From: Bdellovibrionales bacterium | GTDB taxonomy: Bacteria; Bdellovibrionota; Bdellovibrionia; Bdellovibrionales; UBA1609 | Assembly (NCBI GenBank): GCA_041690295.1 | Contig: JAWLHR010000009.1 | Span: 55,770-119,769 of the forward strand | Direction: 5' to 3' | DNA: 64,000 nucleotides | In this document: positions 47,905-57,370 of the stretch, one piece after another | Layout: each line of letters begins with the position of its first letter | Position numbering within the stretch: position 1 is the stretch's first letter | Notes under the pieces: model-generated | What the model was told of the DNA's origin: nothing | Databases searched by the model: none | What the model saw: the letters and a program-made list of their open reading frames with translations, nothing else | Program-made: the position numbers and the translations under genes

Positions 47905-49428
47905 TTAGCCTTCCGTGTGAACTACATCCGCAGTGGTTTTGGTGACCACGGTGACGCCACCGCTGGAGACGACTTGCACTTTTTCAACATGGATTAGATA
48001 GCGCTTTGTCGCCTCGGGCAGTTCTTTCCATGTGCGTATCGCCAACACCAGACCACCGAAGGCGAACGGCGCCATGAAGATCGGCCAGTAGATCCAGTTA
48101 TGTGACGTTAAATAACCGAGAGAAATGGATTGAAGACCGCTGCCCAGATAAACAAAACCGTCCAAGATACCGCTCGCGGTGGCCGTGGCCTTGCGGCCCC
48201 CGAAATCCGCCGCGGCCGTGCCCGACATCAGAGAGTGCGTTGTAATCACGAGACACGCGATCACCAAACAGCAGATTCCCGTCACCAGCGGCGCGGAATA
48301 GATTGAAAAAATCATCGTGATGGCGGCGGCAAAAATTAAACCTTGTGCGATCGCCGTTGGCGGTGCCCGACGGGATTGGAAGAACTTGTCCGAAACAATT
48401 CCGCCGAAAAATCCGCCGACAATGCCGACGATACAAATCAAAAAGCCCCAGTTCAGACTGATGTATTCCGCGCCAGTTTGCGGAACTTCCTTGGCGAAAA
48501 CGAAATACCACTGCATGACGCCGTTACGAACCACGCCGGTTGTGAATTCAATCAGCGCGAACATGAGCATCAAACGGTTGGTCAAAATGCGGTGAAGAAG
48601 TTCGCCGATGGTGAATTCTTTTTCCATCTCACCGGAAGAGGCGTCGTGCGTATCGAAGTCTTCGAAGCCGGCTTCGCTGGGCGCGTCTTTGATCAGCCAC
48701 ATGTCTAAAAATGCCCAAAGGACCAAAAGCGCCGATGGAATAAAAAACACCAGCCATATTGCATCCACATTGTTGGTGTCGACGGCGAATAACAATTGGA
48801 AGAACCGCTGCAAGGCCGTGGGTTCGCCCACGATCGTGGCCTTCGAGGCGTTAACAATGGCCTGGCCCCAGTCGAAGGCGAAATATACGCCCACCGAAAT
48901 CAAAGTGCCGAAGATCGCACCGAAAATACCGCGCTCCCTCACATGGAACCAATAGGCTTTAACTTTGATGATCGAGACCGCACCGTAGCTCTGAAAAAAC
49001 ATGTTCAGCGAATAAAGAATCGTGAACACCAGAGTCAGGTTCATGGCCAGGCGCTCATGCAGATAAAGATAAAGAGCGAGCCCCATCGCGCCGTTGGCCA
49101 TACAGGCGCCGAGCGCCGCCAGAATGATCCCTTTCTTTCCACCCAATTTATCGACCAAGGGACCATTCAATAAAAAGGAGAGTCCATAGACCAAGGTTCC
49201 GGCGCCGAAGATCAAGCCGAAATCCTCTTTGGTCATCTGCTCACCCAGGGCATTCTTCGAAACACTCAGGTTGTATCGGGCCATGTAAAGGAAGGCATAG
49301 GTCATCCCGAGCGGAAACCAGTTCACAAATCGCCGCATTATGAAGCGTGGGCTATGTTTTAGAGGATTGTGGCGAAAATAAAGCGCCACGACGGTGGCGA
49401 GAATAAGACCTATAATTGTGACTTCCAT
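47905..49428 (-). CDS. MFS transporter, OPA/GlpT-like organophosphate:phosphate antiporter
   Basis: TYAFLYMARYNL (GlpT TM1 Y..R motif), WFHVRERG, SDKFFQSRRAP, ATASGILDGFVYLG. Confidence 0.8.
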   Translation of the reverse strand: MEVTIIGLILATVVALYFRHNPLKHSPRFIMRRFVNWFPLGMTYAFLYMARYNLSVSKNALGEQMTKEDFGLIFGAGTLVYGLSFLLNGPLVDKLGGKKGIILAALGACMANGAMGLALYLYLHERLAMNLTLVFTILYSLNMFFQSYGAVSIIKVKAYWFHVRERGIFGAIFGTLISVGVYFAFDWGQAIVNASKATIVGEPTALQRFFQLLFAVDTNNVDAIWLVFFIPSALLVLWAFLDMWLIKDAPSEAGFEDFDTHDASSGEMEKEFTIGELLHRILTNRLMLMFALIEFTTGVVRNGVMQWYFVFAKEVPQTGAEYISLNWGFLICIVGIVGGFFGGIVSDKFFQSRRAPPTAIAQGLIFAAAITMIFSIYSAPLVTGICCLVIACLVITTHSLMSGTAAADFGGRKATATASGILDGFVYLGSGLQSISLGYLTSHNWIYWPIFMAPFAFGGLVLAIRTWKELPEATKRYLIHVEKVQVVSSGGVTVVTKTTADVVHTEG

Positions 49429-49589
49429 TGGGCTGTTCTATCCAGCCACCGTGTGCATTGGCAACTTATACCCATGGGAAAAGCGATACCTTAAAAAATT
49501 CCTGCGGCGCGCGCCGCCCCCATCTCCATCTGATTTGGGGCAATTTCCCCAGGGTTCGACATCAACCGCTAAAAAACCCAATAACATCA

Positions 49590-49605
49590 TGGCACAGGGC
49601 CTGCT
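49590..49605 (+). promoter_or_regulatory. Candidate sigma54 (-24/-12) promoter
   Basis: TGGCAC-AGGGC-CTGCT matches TGGCAC-N5-TTGCW with one mismatch; 13 nt before ATG 49619. Confidence 0.5.
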
Positions 49606-49618
49606 TTGTTGGTCCCAT

Positions 49619-51175
49619 ATGCAACACCGGTCGATTTGGCATGACTTTCCAGGCGTTAATTTTCCCCAGCTCGACGAGAATTTAACTGTCGACACGTGCG
49701 TCATCGGTGCCGGCATTGTCGGGCTCAGCGTCGCCTACCAGCTACTTAAGCGGGGGCTGAAGGTAGCGATCGTCGACCGCTTTGGGGTCGGTGAAGGCGA
49801 AACCGGGCTGACCTCGGCCCACCTGTCGAGTGCGCTCGATGACGGTTTTGCCAATTTGAAGCGCTGGCATGGTCTTGAAGGGCTCCGCAAGGCATTTAAC
49901 AGTCATAACTGGGCCATCGTTGAAATCGAAAAGATCGCTGAAGAAAACGGGATTCTCTGCGATTTCAAGTATGTCGATGGATACACTTTTCTCGATCCGG
50001 AAACCAAAGCGGCCCACTTAACCAACGAAATGCAAGTCGCCAAGGAAGCCGGTGGGCTGCTTATCGACTACGTGCCGAATCTTGAAAAATTCAATCTTGG
50101 GCCTGCGCTCAAATTTCCACGCCAGGCGCAGTTTCATCCCCTCAAGTATCTGATCGGTCTCACACGCGCGGTCAGCGAAAAAGGAGCCCAGATTTTTGCC
50201 CATACGGCCGTCAAAAGCTTTTCCGCACTGGATAACGAGGTGACCACCGAGCAAGGTTATAAAATTCGCGCGCTGGACTTCGTTGTCGCTTCAAATGTTC
50301 CCATCAATGACCGATTCAAGCTTCACACTAAACTTCGACCGAACCGAACTTACATCGTCGCTTTCGAAGTCCCCCGGGATTTCGGCGAAGACGTTCTCCT
50401 GTGGGACACCGCCGATCCTTACCATTACGTGAGATTTTACGATGATGAAGATCGCAAAGCGCGGGTGATGATCGTCGGCGGCGAGGATCATAAGGTGGGT
50501 CAGGAACCGGATCCGAACTCACGATTTGAGAAGTTGATCGCCTGGACCCATAGGACGTTTCCCGCGGTCCAAGCGCCGCCGTTCGCGACATGGTCTGGAC
50601 AAATCATCGAACCGGATGACGGACTGGCCTTCATCGGTCGGAACCCAGGTGACGAAAATATTTATATCTGCACCGGTGATTCCGGCCACGGCTTAACCCA
50701 TGGAACGATAGCAGGTCGACTTATATGTGACTTGATCACGCGCGTTCCCAATCCTTGGGAAGCTCTTTACGATCCATCAAGACTCACTTGGCGAAGTGCC
50801 GGTCACTTTCTGCGCAATAATCTGAACACGGCCATTCAATACACCGACTATATAACGGCCGGGCATGGACAGTCGGTGGCCGATATTTCAGAGGGACAAG
50901 GGGCGATCCTCAGCCGGGGACTCGAGAAAGAAGCGGTTTATCGGGATGAATCCGGCGTGCTCCATCGCTTCTCGGCGGTTTGCCCGCACATGAAATGCAT
51001 CGTGCAATGGAATGCGGCCGAGAAGACCTGGGATTGTCCTTGTCACGGCTCGAGATTCGATCGTTACGGACAAGTGTTGAACGGTCCCGCGCTCTCCGGT
51101 CTCAAGCCGATCGCCGGTCCTGGTCGCCGTTATGCGACTCGGGAACCTTCGCGGCCGTCGCCGGCGGCGCCATGA
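49619..51175 (+). CDS. FAD-dependent oxidoreductase with C-terminal Rieske [2Fe-2S] domain (YhfW-like)
   Basis: VIGAGIVG Rossmann motif, GGEDHKVG, GDSGHGLTHG, CPHMKC...WDCPCHGSRF; ATG 49619 preferred over track start 49394. Confidence 0.9.
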   Translation: MQHRSIWHDFPGVNFPQLDENLTVDTCVIGAGIVGLSVAYQLLKRGLKVAIVDRFGVGEGETGLTSAHLSSALDDGFANLKRWHGLEGLRKAFNSHNWAIVEIEKIAEENGILCDFKYVDGYTFLDPETKAAHLTNEMQVAKEAGGLLIDYVPNLEKFNLGPALKFPRQAQFHPLKYLIGLTRAVSEKGAQIFAHTAVKSFSALDNEVTTEQGYKIRALDFVVASNVPINDRFKLHTKLRPNRTYIVAFEVPRDFGEDVLLWDTADPYHYVRFYDDEDRKARVMIVGGEDHKVGQEPDPNSRFEKLIAWTHRTFPAVQAPPFATWSGQIIEPDDGLAFIGRNPGDENIYICTGDSGHGLTHGTIAGRLICDLITRVPNPWEALYDPSRLTWRSAGHFLRNNLNTAIQYTDYITAGHGQSVADISEGQGAILSRGLEKEAVYRDESGVLHRFSAVCPHMKCIVQWNAAEKTWDCPCHGSRFDRYGQVLNGPALSGLKPIAGPGRRYATREPSRPSPAAP

Positions 51176-51833
51176 AGAGGCGCAAAATCGTGAGGAGAAT
51201 CTTCCAACCGTCACGGAAAGTGCGAAGTTTGGATTTTCCGCCCTCGTGCCGTTTTTCATAGGTGATCGGGATCTCCAGAAAAGGACGCCGTTGCGCGAGA
51301 GCGCGGATGGTCAACTCGGTTTCGATCTCGAATCCAGTTGATTTCAGTTGCTGGTCTTTGACGAACGAGCGGGAAAATACCCTAAACCCGGTGAGTAGAT
51401 CCTGAACCGGATGCCCGAAGAGAATCCGTACGAGACCGGTGAAGAATTTGTTGCCCACGAAATGCAGTGGACGGAAGGCTTCAGGTCTTCCAATTTTGAG
51501 GCGGCTTCCACAAACCATATCCGAGCCGGACTGGATGGCGGCATCGAGCAGGCGAGGCATCTCATGAACCGGATAGGTGCCGTCTCCATCGATAAGTACG
51601 TAATAATCCGCATCGATCACCGCGAAGGCATGTTGCAAGACAAGTCCCTTGCCGCGCTTGGGGAAGTGAATGACTTCGGCGCCGGCGTTGAGGGCCATCT
51701 CCGCGGTCTGGTCGTCGGAACCGTTATCCAAAACGCAAACACGGGCCTGCGGCATGTACTCGCGACAATCCCGCACGACCGAGGCAATGGATGCCGATTC
51801 GTTCAAACATGGAATGACAATCGCAATCCGCAT
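51102..51833 (-). CDS. Glycosyltransferase family 2 (DPM1/polyprenol-phosphate glycosyltransferase-like)
   Basis: IPCLNE, DNGSDD, GKG, DGDGTY, GFEIETE, SKLRTFRDG. Confidence 0.9.
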   Translation of the reverse strand: MRIAIVIPCLNESASIASVVRDCREYMPQARVCVLDNGSDDQTAEMALNAGAEVIHFPKRGKGLVLQHAFAVIDADYYVLIDGDGTYPVHEMPRLLDAAIQSGSDMVCGSRLKIGRPEAFRPLHFVGNKFFTGLVRILFGHPVQDLLTGFRVFSRSFVKDQQLKSTGFEIETELTIRALAQRRPFLEIPITYEKRHEGGKSKLRTFRDGWKILLTILRLFMAPPATAAKVPESHNGDQDRRSA

Positions 51834-51875
51834 CCATTCCTTATCGGAAAGGCTGAACGCAATTCAAACCCGGAC

Positions 51876-52505
51876 CTAAGTCTTTTTGCTCTTGCTCTTT
51901 TTGCCAGGAGGTGTGGGTTCGCTCGGCGCGGGTCCACGCAACTTTTTGACCTCTTCTTCCCAGTCACCGATGACATCATAAGCGTCATGCGATTCCGCGT
52001 GCTTTTTGAGGCTAACAAGATTCTTTTCCATTTGCTTCGGCAAACCCCAGAGGCGGAAAAAGGCGATCAAGCGGGCAAAGCGGCTCTTGGGATATTCGCC
52101 GTCCACCCTCCAGGTGACAATCACACCCTGACGGACTCCCGGCCGCAACGCGAATCGGCCTTTTGAATCGTATCCATCCTTTTGCATTTCATAATCGATC
52201 GAAAACTTGGGAGTGAATTGAGTCACATTGATCGATCCGTCACCGAGCTTCCCGCTGGACCATTTGAAAGTGGCGCCCACGCCCCAGGATTGCTCGCTGT
52301 ATTCCCGGGTCATTTGTTCATCATCTTTCACCCAGCTTAGCCATTCGGGCCATCGTTTCAGCTCACCGAGGAAAACGAAAACCATGCGATCCTGAGCGAT
52401 CACATCGATTTCTTTTTCATAATGATATGTGGCGGGAATCGTGAAAGCAAAAATGATGATGCCGATCAGAATCGCACCGAAGCCGATCAGAACCTTTTTC
52501 CACAT
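51876..52505 (-). CDS. SRPBCC/polyketide-cyclase-like protein with N-terminal membrane anchor
   Basis: TM, then WPEWLSW...GVGATFKW...G.G pattern and C-terminal 'L..LKK.AE' helix. Confidence 0.7.
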   Translation of the reverse strand: MWKKVLIGFGAILIGIIIFAFTIPATYHYEKEIDVIAQDRMVFVFLGELKRWPEWLSWVKDDEQMTREYSEQSWGVGATFKWSSGKLGDGSINVTQFTPKFSIDYEMQKDGYDSKGRFALRPGVRQGVIVTWRVDGEYPKSRFARLIAFFRLWGLPKQMEKNLVSLKKHAESHDAYDVIGDWEEEVKKLRGPAPSEPTPPGKKSKSKKT

Positions 52506-52574
52506 CTCGATTCTCCTGTTTTGCGAACGTCTTCAAAAAGGTTCACAAAAATTGCAGTGTGAGTCAATGATCGC

Positions 52575-53603
52575 TCACTTGAGCGCCTCGCGAATGTAGG
52601 CCGATGCGGTATCCATGAGCCACACCACCACGGCGATCACGGCCACGATGCATCCGACCTCTTTCCACATCGCCTGTCCCTGGTAACGGATGAGCAAGGT
52701 GCCGATTCCGCCACCGCCGACCAAACCAATGACCGTCGCCATCCGGACGTTAATGTCCCAGCGATAAATCGTGAAGGCGATGTACGGAAGTACCACCTGC
52801 GGAACCACTCCAAACCAAATCACTTGAAGCGGCCGCGCGCCGGTGGAGCGTATCGCATCCAAAGGTCCCTCGCTTACACCTTCAATAAGTTCCGAGTACT
52901 GTTTGGTGAGCGAGGCGATGGAATGCAGAAGCAAGGCGAGCATGCCGGCGAACGGACCCACGCCGACCCAGACCGAGAAGATGATGGCCCAAATCAACGG
53001 CTCAACCGAACGAGTGATGTTAAGCACGGTACGAAGGGCCAAGTAGAACGTGAATGCCACAGGGCCACGCATGAGGTTTTTCGCCGCCGCGAACGCCAAA
53101 AGAAACGCGATGGGAACCGCCACCAATGTTCCCAAAAACGCGATAAAGATGGTTTCAATGACTTCAATGACCGACTCCGGCAGAAGACTCCAGTTCGGAT
53201 GGGCCAAATCTGAAAACAGGCGGGCGGCGCCGGCCCAACCTTGCTCATCAAGAAGTTCGCGCAGTGATGCGTCCGTGGCGACGAGACTCGCATAGACGGT
53301 TAAAACGAAGACCACCGCTAAATAAAGTCCACTGAATGAACGGGACAAAGGTTTACGGGGCCGCTCGAAAAGATAGGCGCCTGGCGTATCAAAGTTCAAA
53401 AGAAAAAGTGACACGTTAATCGCAATTGCCGCCGCGAAAGTTAAAGCCAGCTGCACCAGAATCACGCTCATGTTGTGAATGGCCGATTCTTTGTCGTGCA
53501 TGAACGGGGAAAGTCCCAACGCCCATACGATGAGCGCCGCCGAATAGGTCATAAGAACGGAATCAAAAGCCACACGCTTGAACCGGTTGGGATCAATCAA
53601 CAT
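52575..53603 (-). CDS. phnE: Phosphonate/organophosphate ABC permease PhnE with N-terminal extension
   Basis: ETIFIAFLGT, RSVEPLIWA, KQYSELIE, YRWDINVRMATVIGLVGGGGIG; ATG 53603 preferred. Confidence 0.9.
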   Translation of the reverse strand: MLIDPNRFKRVAFDSVLMTYSAALIVWALGLSPFMHDKESAIHNMSVILVQLALTFAAAIAINVSLFLLNFDTPGAYLFERPRKPLSRSFSGLYLAVVFVLTVYASLVATDASLRELLDEQGWAGAARLFSDLAHPNWSLLPESVIEVIETIFIAFLGTLVAVPIAFLLAFAAAKNLMRGPVAFTFYLALRTVLNITRSVEPLIWAIIFSVWVGVGPFAGMLALLLHSIASLTKQYSELIEGVSEGPLDAIRSTGARPLQVIWFGVVPQVVLPYIAFTIYRWDINVRMATVIGLVGGGGIGTLLIRYQGQAMWKEVGCIVAVIAVVVWLMDTASAYIREALK

Positions 53604-54363
53604 GGACCTCCCGCGCTTCTTCGCCGTAGATTTTTTTGAACCATTCAGGAGTGATTTCCGCCGGCCGGCCTTCATAGACGATCTGTCCGTAACGCAACGC
53701 CAGAACCCGGGTTCCATATTCGCGAACCAAACTTAAGAAATGAAGGCTGCAAATCACGGTAATGCCGAGCTCCTGATTGACCTTACGCAAATAATCCATC
53801 ACGGATCGGCAGGTGGCGGGATCCAAGCTCGCCACCGGCTCATCGGCGAGGATCACTTTCGGATCCTGACAAAGAGCCCGTGCGATCGCCACCCTTTGCT
53901 GTTGTCCGCCCGAAAGCTGGTCCGCCCTCTGGTGGGCCTTGCCTTCAATGCCGACCAGGCGAAGGAGCGACATCGCCTTTTCCTTTTCCTCGGGTTTGAA
54001 CAGATGGAGCCATGATCTCCAGGTCGGTGTGGATCCAAGCCGCCCCATGAGCACATTGGTCAGCACGGTTTGCCGCGGAATCAAATTGAAATGTTGAAAA
54101 ATCATGGCCAATTGCCTTCGGATCTCACGAACTTCTTGTCCCTTCGCCTGATCGATGCGGCGGTTCTCGAAATAAATTTCGCCCGAGGTGGGGTCCAACA
54201 GCCGGTTCAAGCAGCGAAGAAGGGTGGACTTACCGGACCCGCTGAGTCCTATGATGACCAAAAACTCACCGGGATAAACATCGAACGAAACATTTTTCAG
54301 CGCTTGCACACCGCTTGGGAAAACATGGTTTAGATTTTTAACCTGAATAATCGGTGCTTTCAT
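53593..54363 (-). CDS. phnC: Phosphonate ABC transporter ATPase
   Basis: GLSGSGKSTLLR, IFQHFNL, LSGGQQQRV, LADEPVASLDP. Confidence 0.92.
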   Translation of the reverse strand: MKAPIIQVKNLNHVFPSGVQALKNVSFDVYPGEFLVIIGLSGSGKSTLLRCLNRLLDPTSGEIYFENRRIDQAKGQEVREIRRQLAMIFQHFNLIPRQTVLTNVLMGRLGSTPTWRSWLHLFKPEEKEKAMSLLRLVGIEGKAHQRADQLSGGQQQRVAIARALCQDPKVILADEPVASLDPATCRSVMDYLRKVNQELGITVICSLHFLSLVREYGTRVLALRYGQIVYEGRPAEITPEWFKKIYGEEAREVHVD

Positions 54364-55259
54364 TTATCCGCTTCGGCCGTGGCTTTGCCGATTTCTTTAA
54401 GTGTGGCCCGCGTGGATTCGTAATCGCGATCCGTCGCGGGGATCAGACCGGTGACGCCGGAAAGGCGGCTGAGCGCTTCCTTTCCCTCAGGAGTTTCGAC
54501 GAACCGGATCAAGGCGTCAGCGATTTTCTTTTTCATTTCCTCGGGCATGTCTTTGCGAAAAACCACGGGGTCATTGGGAATGGGATCGCTCATGCCGATG
54601 ATTTTGATTTCCTTTTCCACATTCGGGTATTGCGATTTGACCAGCATGCGCGCGTCTTGGATTCCCTCTTTAGTGGGGCTGACATAAAACGTGGCGCCGG
54701 CATCGACTTGGCCTTGGTAGATCATCGTGACCACGTTGTCGTGGCGCATGGCGAACACCGTTTCCTTGGGTTTGATCTTACGATCCTTCAAATACTTCAT
54801 TGGCAGTATGTATCCCGAGGTGGACGCGGGATCGACAAAGGCCATGCGTTTACCCTCGATATCTTCAACTTTTTTAATGGGGCCATCGGCTTTAGCGATA
54901 AACTGGGCGCGATAAGTGGATTCGCCGTTGCGAACGGTCGTCAGCAAGGCCTGAACGCCGTATTTTTCGTGGGCCAACACGTAACCGTAAGTGTTCAATG
55001 CGGCCACATCGGCGCGGCCGGTGCCAAAAGCTTCGACCACCGAAATAAAGCTGGTGGGAACGGAAACTTCGAACTTATAAGGCGTTTCCTTTTCCAGAAA
55101 TTTTTTGATCAGTTTCGAGTTATCTTCGAGGACCCTTACATCGACCGACGGAACAAAGAAAAATTTAACCGGATTGTCTTTCGTGCCCAGCTCCTTGCGC
55201 GCGCGTGTACAGGACACGGAAAAAAGGGCGACTAAAAGGACAAGATATTTTCCGCCCAT
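54360..55259 (-). CDS. phnD: Phosphate/phosphite/phosphonate ABC substrate-binding lipoprotein
   Basis: Lipobox FSVSC; FVDPASTSGY, RHDNV, DAGATF, IPNDP. Confidence 0.88.
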   Translation of the reverse strand: MGGKYLVLLVALFSVSCTRARKELGTKDNPVKFFFVPSVDVRVLEDNSKLIKKFLEKETPYKFEVSVPTSFISVVEAFGTGRADVAALNTYGYVLAHEKYGVQALLTTVRNGESTYRAQFIAKADGPIKKVEDIEGKRMAFVDPASTSGYILPMKYLKDRKIKPKETVFAMRHDNVVTMIYQGQVDAGATFYVSPTKEGIQDARMLVKSQYPNVEKEIKIIGMSDPIPNDPVVFRKDMPEEMKKKIADALIRFVETPEGKEALSRLSGVTGLIPATDRDYESTRATLKEIGKATAEADK

Positions 55260-55690
55260 GATTCCACGTCCTCAAAAATGGATTTTGATCCGAGAGAGAG
55301 CGTGCGCCCCAACTCGAAGATGTTGTTACGGGAGGAAATCTCTTCAAGATTGTATTGAACCATGGCGGCGCCGTCGTTTTCACTCCACATCACAATCAAT
55401 ACGTCCAGCTTGTGTTTGCCGTCCGCCTTGGTTTTTAGCGGAACTTTCACTTTGGAAAGCCATTCTTTCGTTTCAGGAGTCCCGGGGATCACCTCGATCT
55501 CTTTAACGTCGAACCATTGGGGCGGGAGCTTATCACTGGCTTCCAGTCGACGAACGTCTTCACGCCATTGCCATTCGAACCTCTGTTGGATGGGCGCCCT
55601 TTCAAACTTCCACACATCGAAGAGTTCAAAGGCCACGGCGACCAGGGCGGTGCCAAGAAGTAAAAGCGCGATTCGGCGGGCGATAATCAT
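55232..55690 (-). CDS. Hypothetical membrane-anchored protein
   Basis: N-terminal TM; overlaps trmB and phnD reading frames, implying one operon. Confidence 0.7.
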   Translation of the reverse strand: MIIARRIALLLLGTALVAVAFELFDVWKFERAPIQQRFEWQWREDVRRLEASDKLPPQWFDVKEIEVIPGTPETKEWLSKVKVPLKTKADGKHKLDVLIVMWSENDGAAMVQYNLEEISSRNNIFELGRTLSLGSKSIFEDVESWAENILSF

Positions 55691-56283
55691 GAATTCCCCA
55701 TTCTTTCGAACACGAGGTCATAGACCGGCTGGCCGCTTTGCAAATATTTGCGTTCGAAATGCGTTCGCGGCCTGTCCATCTGGGTGATGCGGTTTTCGCT
55801 CACCAACCGGAAGGATCGGTTCACCATCTGTTCCTTGGCTTCTTGCGCGTACCACTCCAGGTTGGTGGCGAGATGTAACCGGGCGTTCGGTTTCATTTTA
55901 CGGCGAAGCTCATCGAGAAACGGATGGTAATGCCATCGTTGATTCGATTGTTTGTGTTTAGGATAAGGATTTGGATAAAGCAAAAATACGTTTTCAAGCG
56001 AGTGATCCGCAACGAAGTGCGTGACGAATGGAACGGCATCGGCGCGCACGGCGATCATGTTCCGGATGTCGGGGTGATGATCGAGCCGGTTTTTCAGGGC
56101 GGCGAAGCGATTGGCGGTCCGCTCGATGGCGATCAGAGTTCGCTCCGGATTTTGTTGGCAGTAACGAATGCCATGCAATCCTTGTCCCGCGCCGATTTCG
56201 AGATCGAGCGGGCCGTGCTCACCGGTCAGTTTGGGCCCGGTCCAGCGCGGAACAGGAATGGCATCGGCTCTGAATTCCCTCAT
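55687..56283 (-). CDS. trmB: tRNA (guanine-N7)-methyltransferase TrmB-like
   Basis: LEIGAGQG SAM motif, LYPNPYPKHK (TrmB FPDPWPK-like), LATN, THFERKY. Confidence 0.8.
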   Translation of the reverse strand: MREFRADAIPVPRWTGPKLTGEHGPLDLEIGAGQGLHGIRYCQQNPERTLIAIERTANRFAALKNRLDHHPDIRNMIAVRADAVPFVTHFVADHSLENVFLLYPNPYPKHKQSNQRWHYHPFLDELRRKMKPNARLHLATNLEWYAQEAKEQMVNRSFRLVSENRITQMDRPRTHFERKYLQSGQPVYDLVFERMGNS

Positions 56284-56337
56284 GTTTGTTTTCTATCATT
56301 GGTTGCGTGGGCGCTCAATGTTGGATAACCCTTTTAC

Positions 56338-57315
56338 ATGGCCATAAATCGGGTTCTTCTCCTTGTTCACCCTTATTATCGTCCTGACCGTCGTGGCCCG
56401 GTGGGTTCAACGACCGAGCGGGATGTTTTTCGGGCGCTGAAACGAATGGGAATGAAGTGCTCGGTTTCGGCCACTCAGTACGACCTCGCCGAATTGGATC
56501 GCGATCTGGCCCGGGAAAAGCCCCAAGTCGTTTTCAACCTGCTTGAGGAATTTCGTGATGAGGGCTTGTTTGATTTTCACCCCGTCGCGTACCTGGAGTC
56601 GAAAGGGATTCCCTACACAGGATGCAACCCGCGGGGGCTGATTCTTACACGAAATAAATTCTGGACGGCGATGATGGCTAAGGGGTTGGGAACAAAAGTG
56701 CCTGAAAGCTCGCTTTGCCAGAGTGTGAAGCCATCGCCCGGGATTGGGTTTCCCTGCATTCTTAAGCTGAATAATGAACATGCGAGCCTTGGCATGAGCA
56801 AGGGCAATGTTGTGCGGTCGGCCGGGCAGTTCACCCGTCGCTTAATCCGGATGAAGCAGAAATACCGGTCGCAGGTGATGGTTCAGGAATTTATCCCGGG
56901 GCGCGAAATCACGGTGAGTGTTTTTGGGAACCGTGACGCCAGGGCCTTTCAACCCTGGGAGCTGCACTTGCAGTCAAGACAAGCCATTGCCACTGAAAGG
57001 ATCAAATTTGATCCCCGCTTTCGTCGTAAAAACGGCATCACGGCCCGCCGGTTCCGCTGTCGCGATGCCGGCCTCATCGGGCGCATGCAAAAGGATGCGA
57101 TTAAAGTTTTTCGTGGTTTGGGATTGAACGGGTATGCGAGGTTTGATTTCCGGTTGACCGACAGCAACGAGTATTTCCTGATCGATGTGAACCCGAATCC
57201 GAATCTGGCTTGTGATGAGGACTTCGCGCGCTCGGCCGCCCATGAGGGGATTTCGTACGAAGATTTGCTCGCTCAAATCATGCGATTGGCGGTAAGCTAT
57301 AAGCCTGAAATCTGA
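56338..57315 (+). CDS. D-Ala-D-Ala ligase-like ATP-grasp enzyme
   Basis: VFNLLE, GIPYTG, EHASLG, QEFIPGRE, YARFDFR, IDVNPNP. Confidence 0.82.
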   Translation: MAINRVLLLVHPYYRPDRRGPVGSTTERDVFRALKRMGMKCSVSATQYDLAELDRDLAREKPQVVFNLLEEFRDEGLFDFHPVAYLESKGIPYTGCNPRGLILTRNKFWTAMMAKGLGTKVPESSLCQSVKPSPGIGFPCILKLNNEHASLGMSKGNVVRSAGQFTRRLIRMKQKYRSQVMVQEFIPGREITVSVFGNRDARAFQPWELHLQSRQAIATERIKFDPRFRRKNGITARRFRCRDAGLIGRMQKDAIKVFRGLGLNGYARFDFRLTDSNEYFLIDVNPNPNLACDEDFARSAAHEGISYEDLLAQIMRLAVSYKPEI

Positions 57316-57336
57316 GGGAACTTGGACTTAAGACCA

Positions 57337-57364
57337 TAAGTGATCGGGGTCAACGCTCCGATAA
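57337..57364 (+). promoter_or_regulatory. Candidate sigma28 promoter
   Basis: TAAG-N16-TCCGATAA, 6 nt before GTG 57371. Confidence 0.5.
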
Positions 57365-57370
57365 GGATCG

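Noticed and set aside
49394..49618. N-terminal extension of the FAD oxidoreductase in the ORF track (likewise pilD from 31436, phnE from 53717, HtrA from 39464)
   Set aside because: Extensions overlap neighbouring genes or promoters and precede the family-typical start; downstream ATGs fit better.
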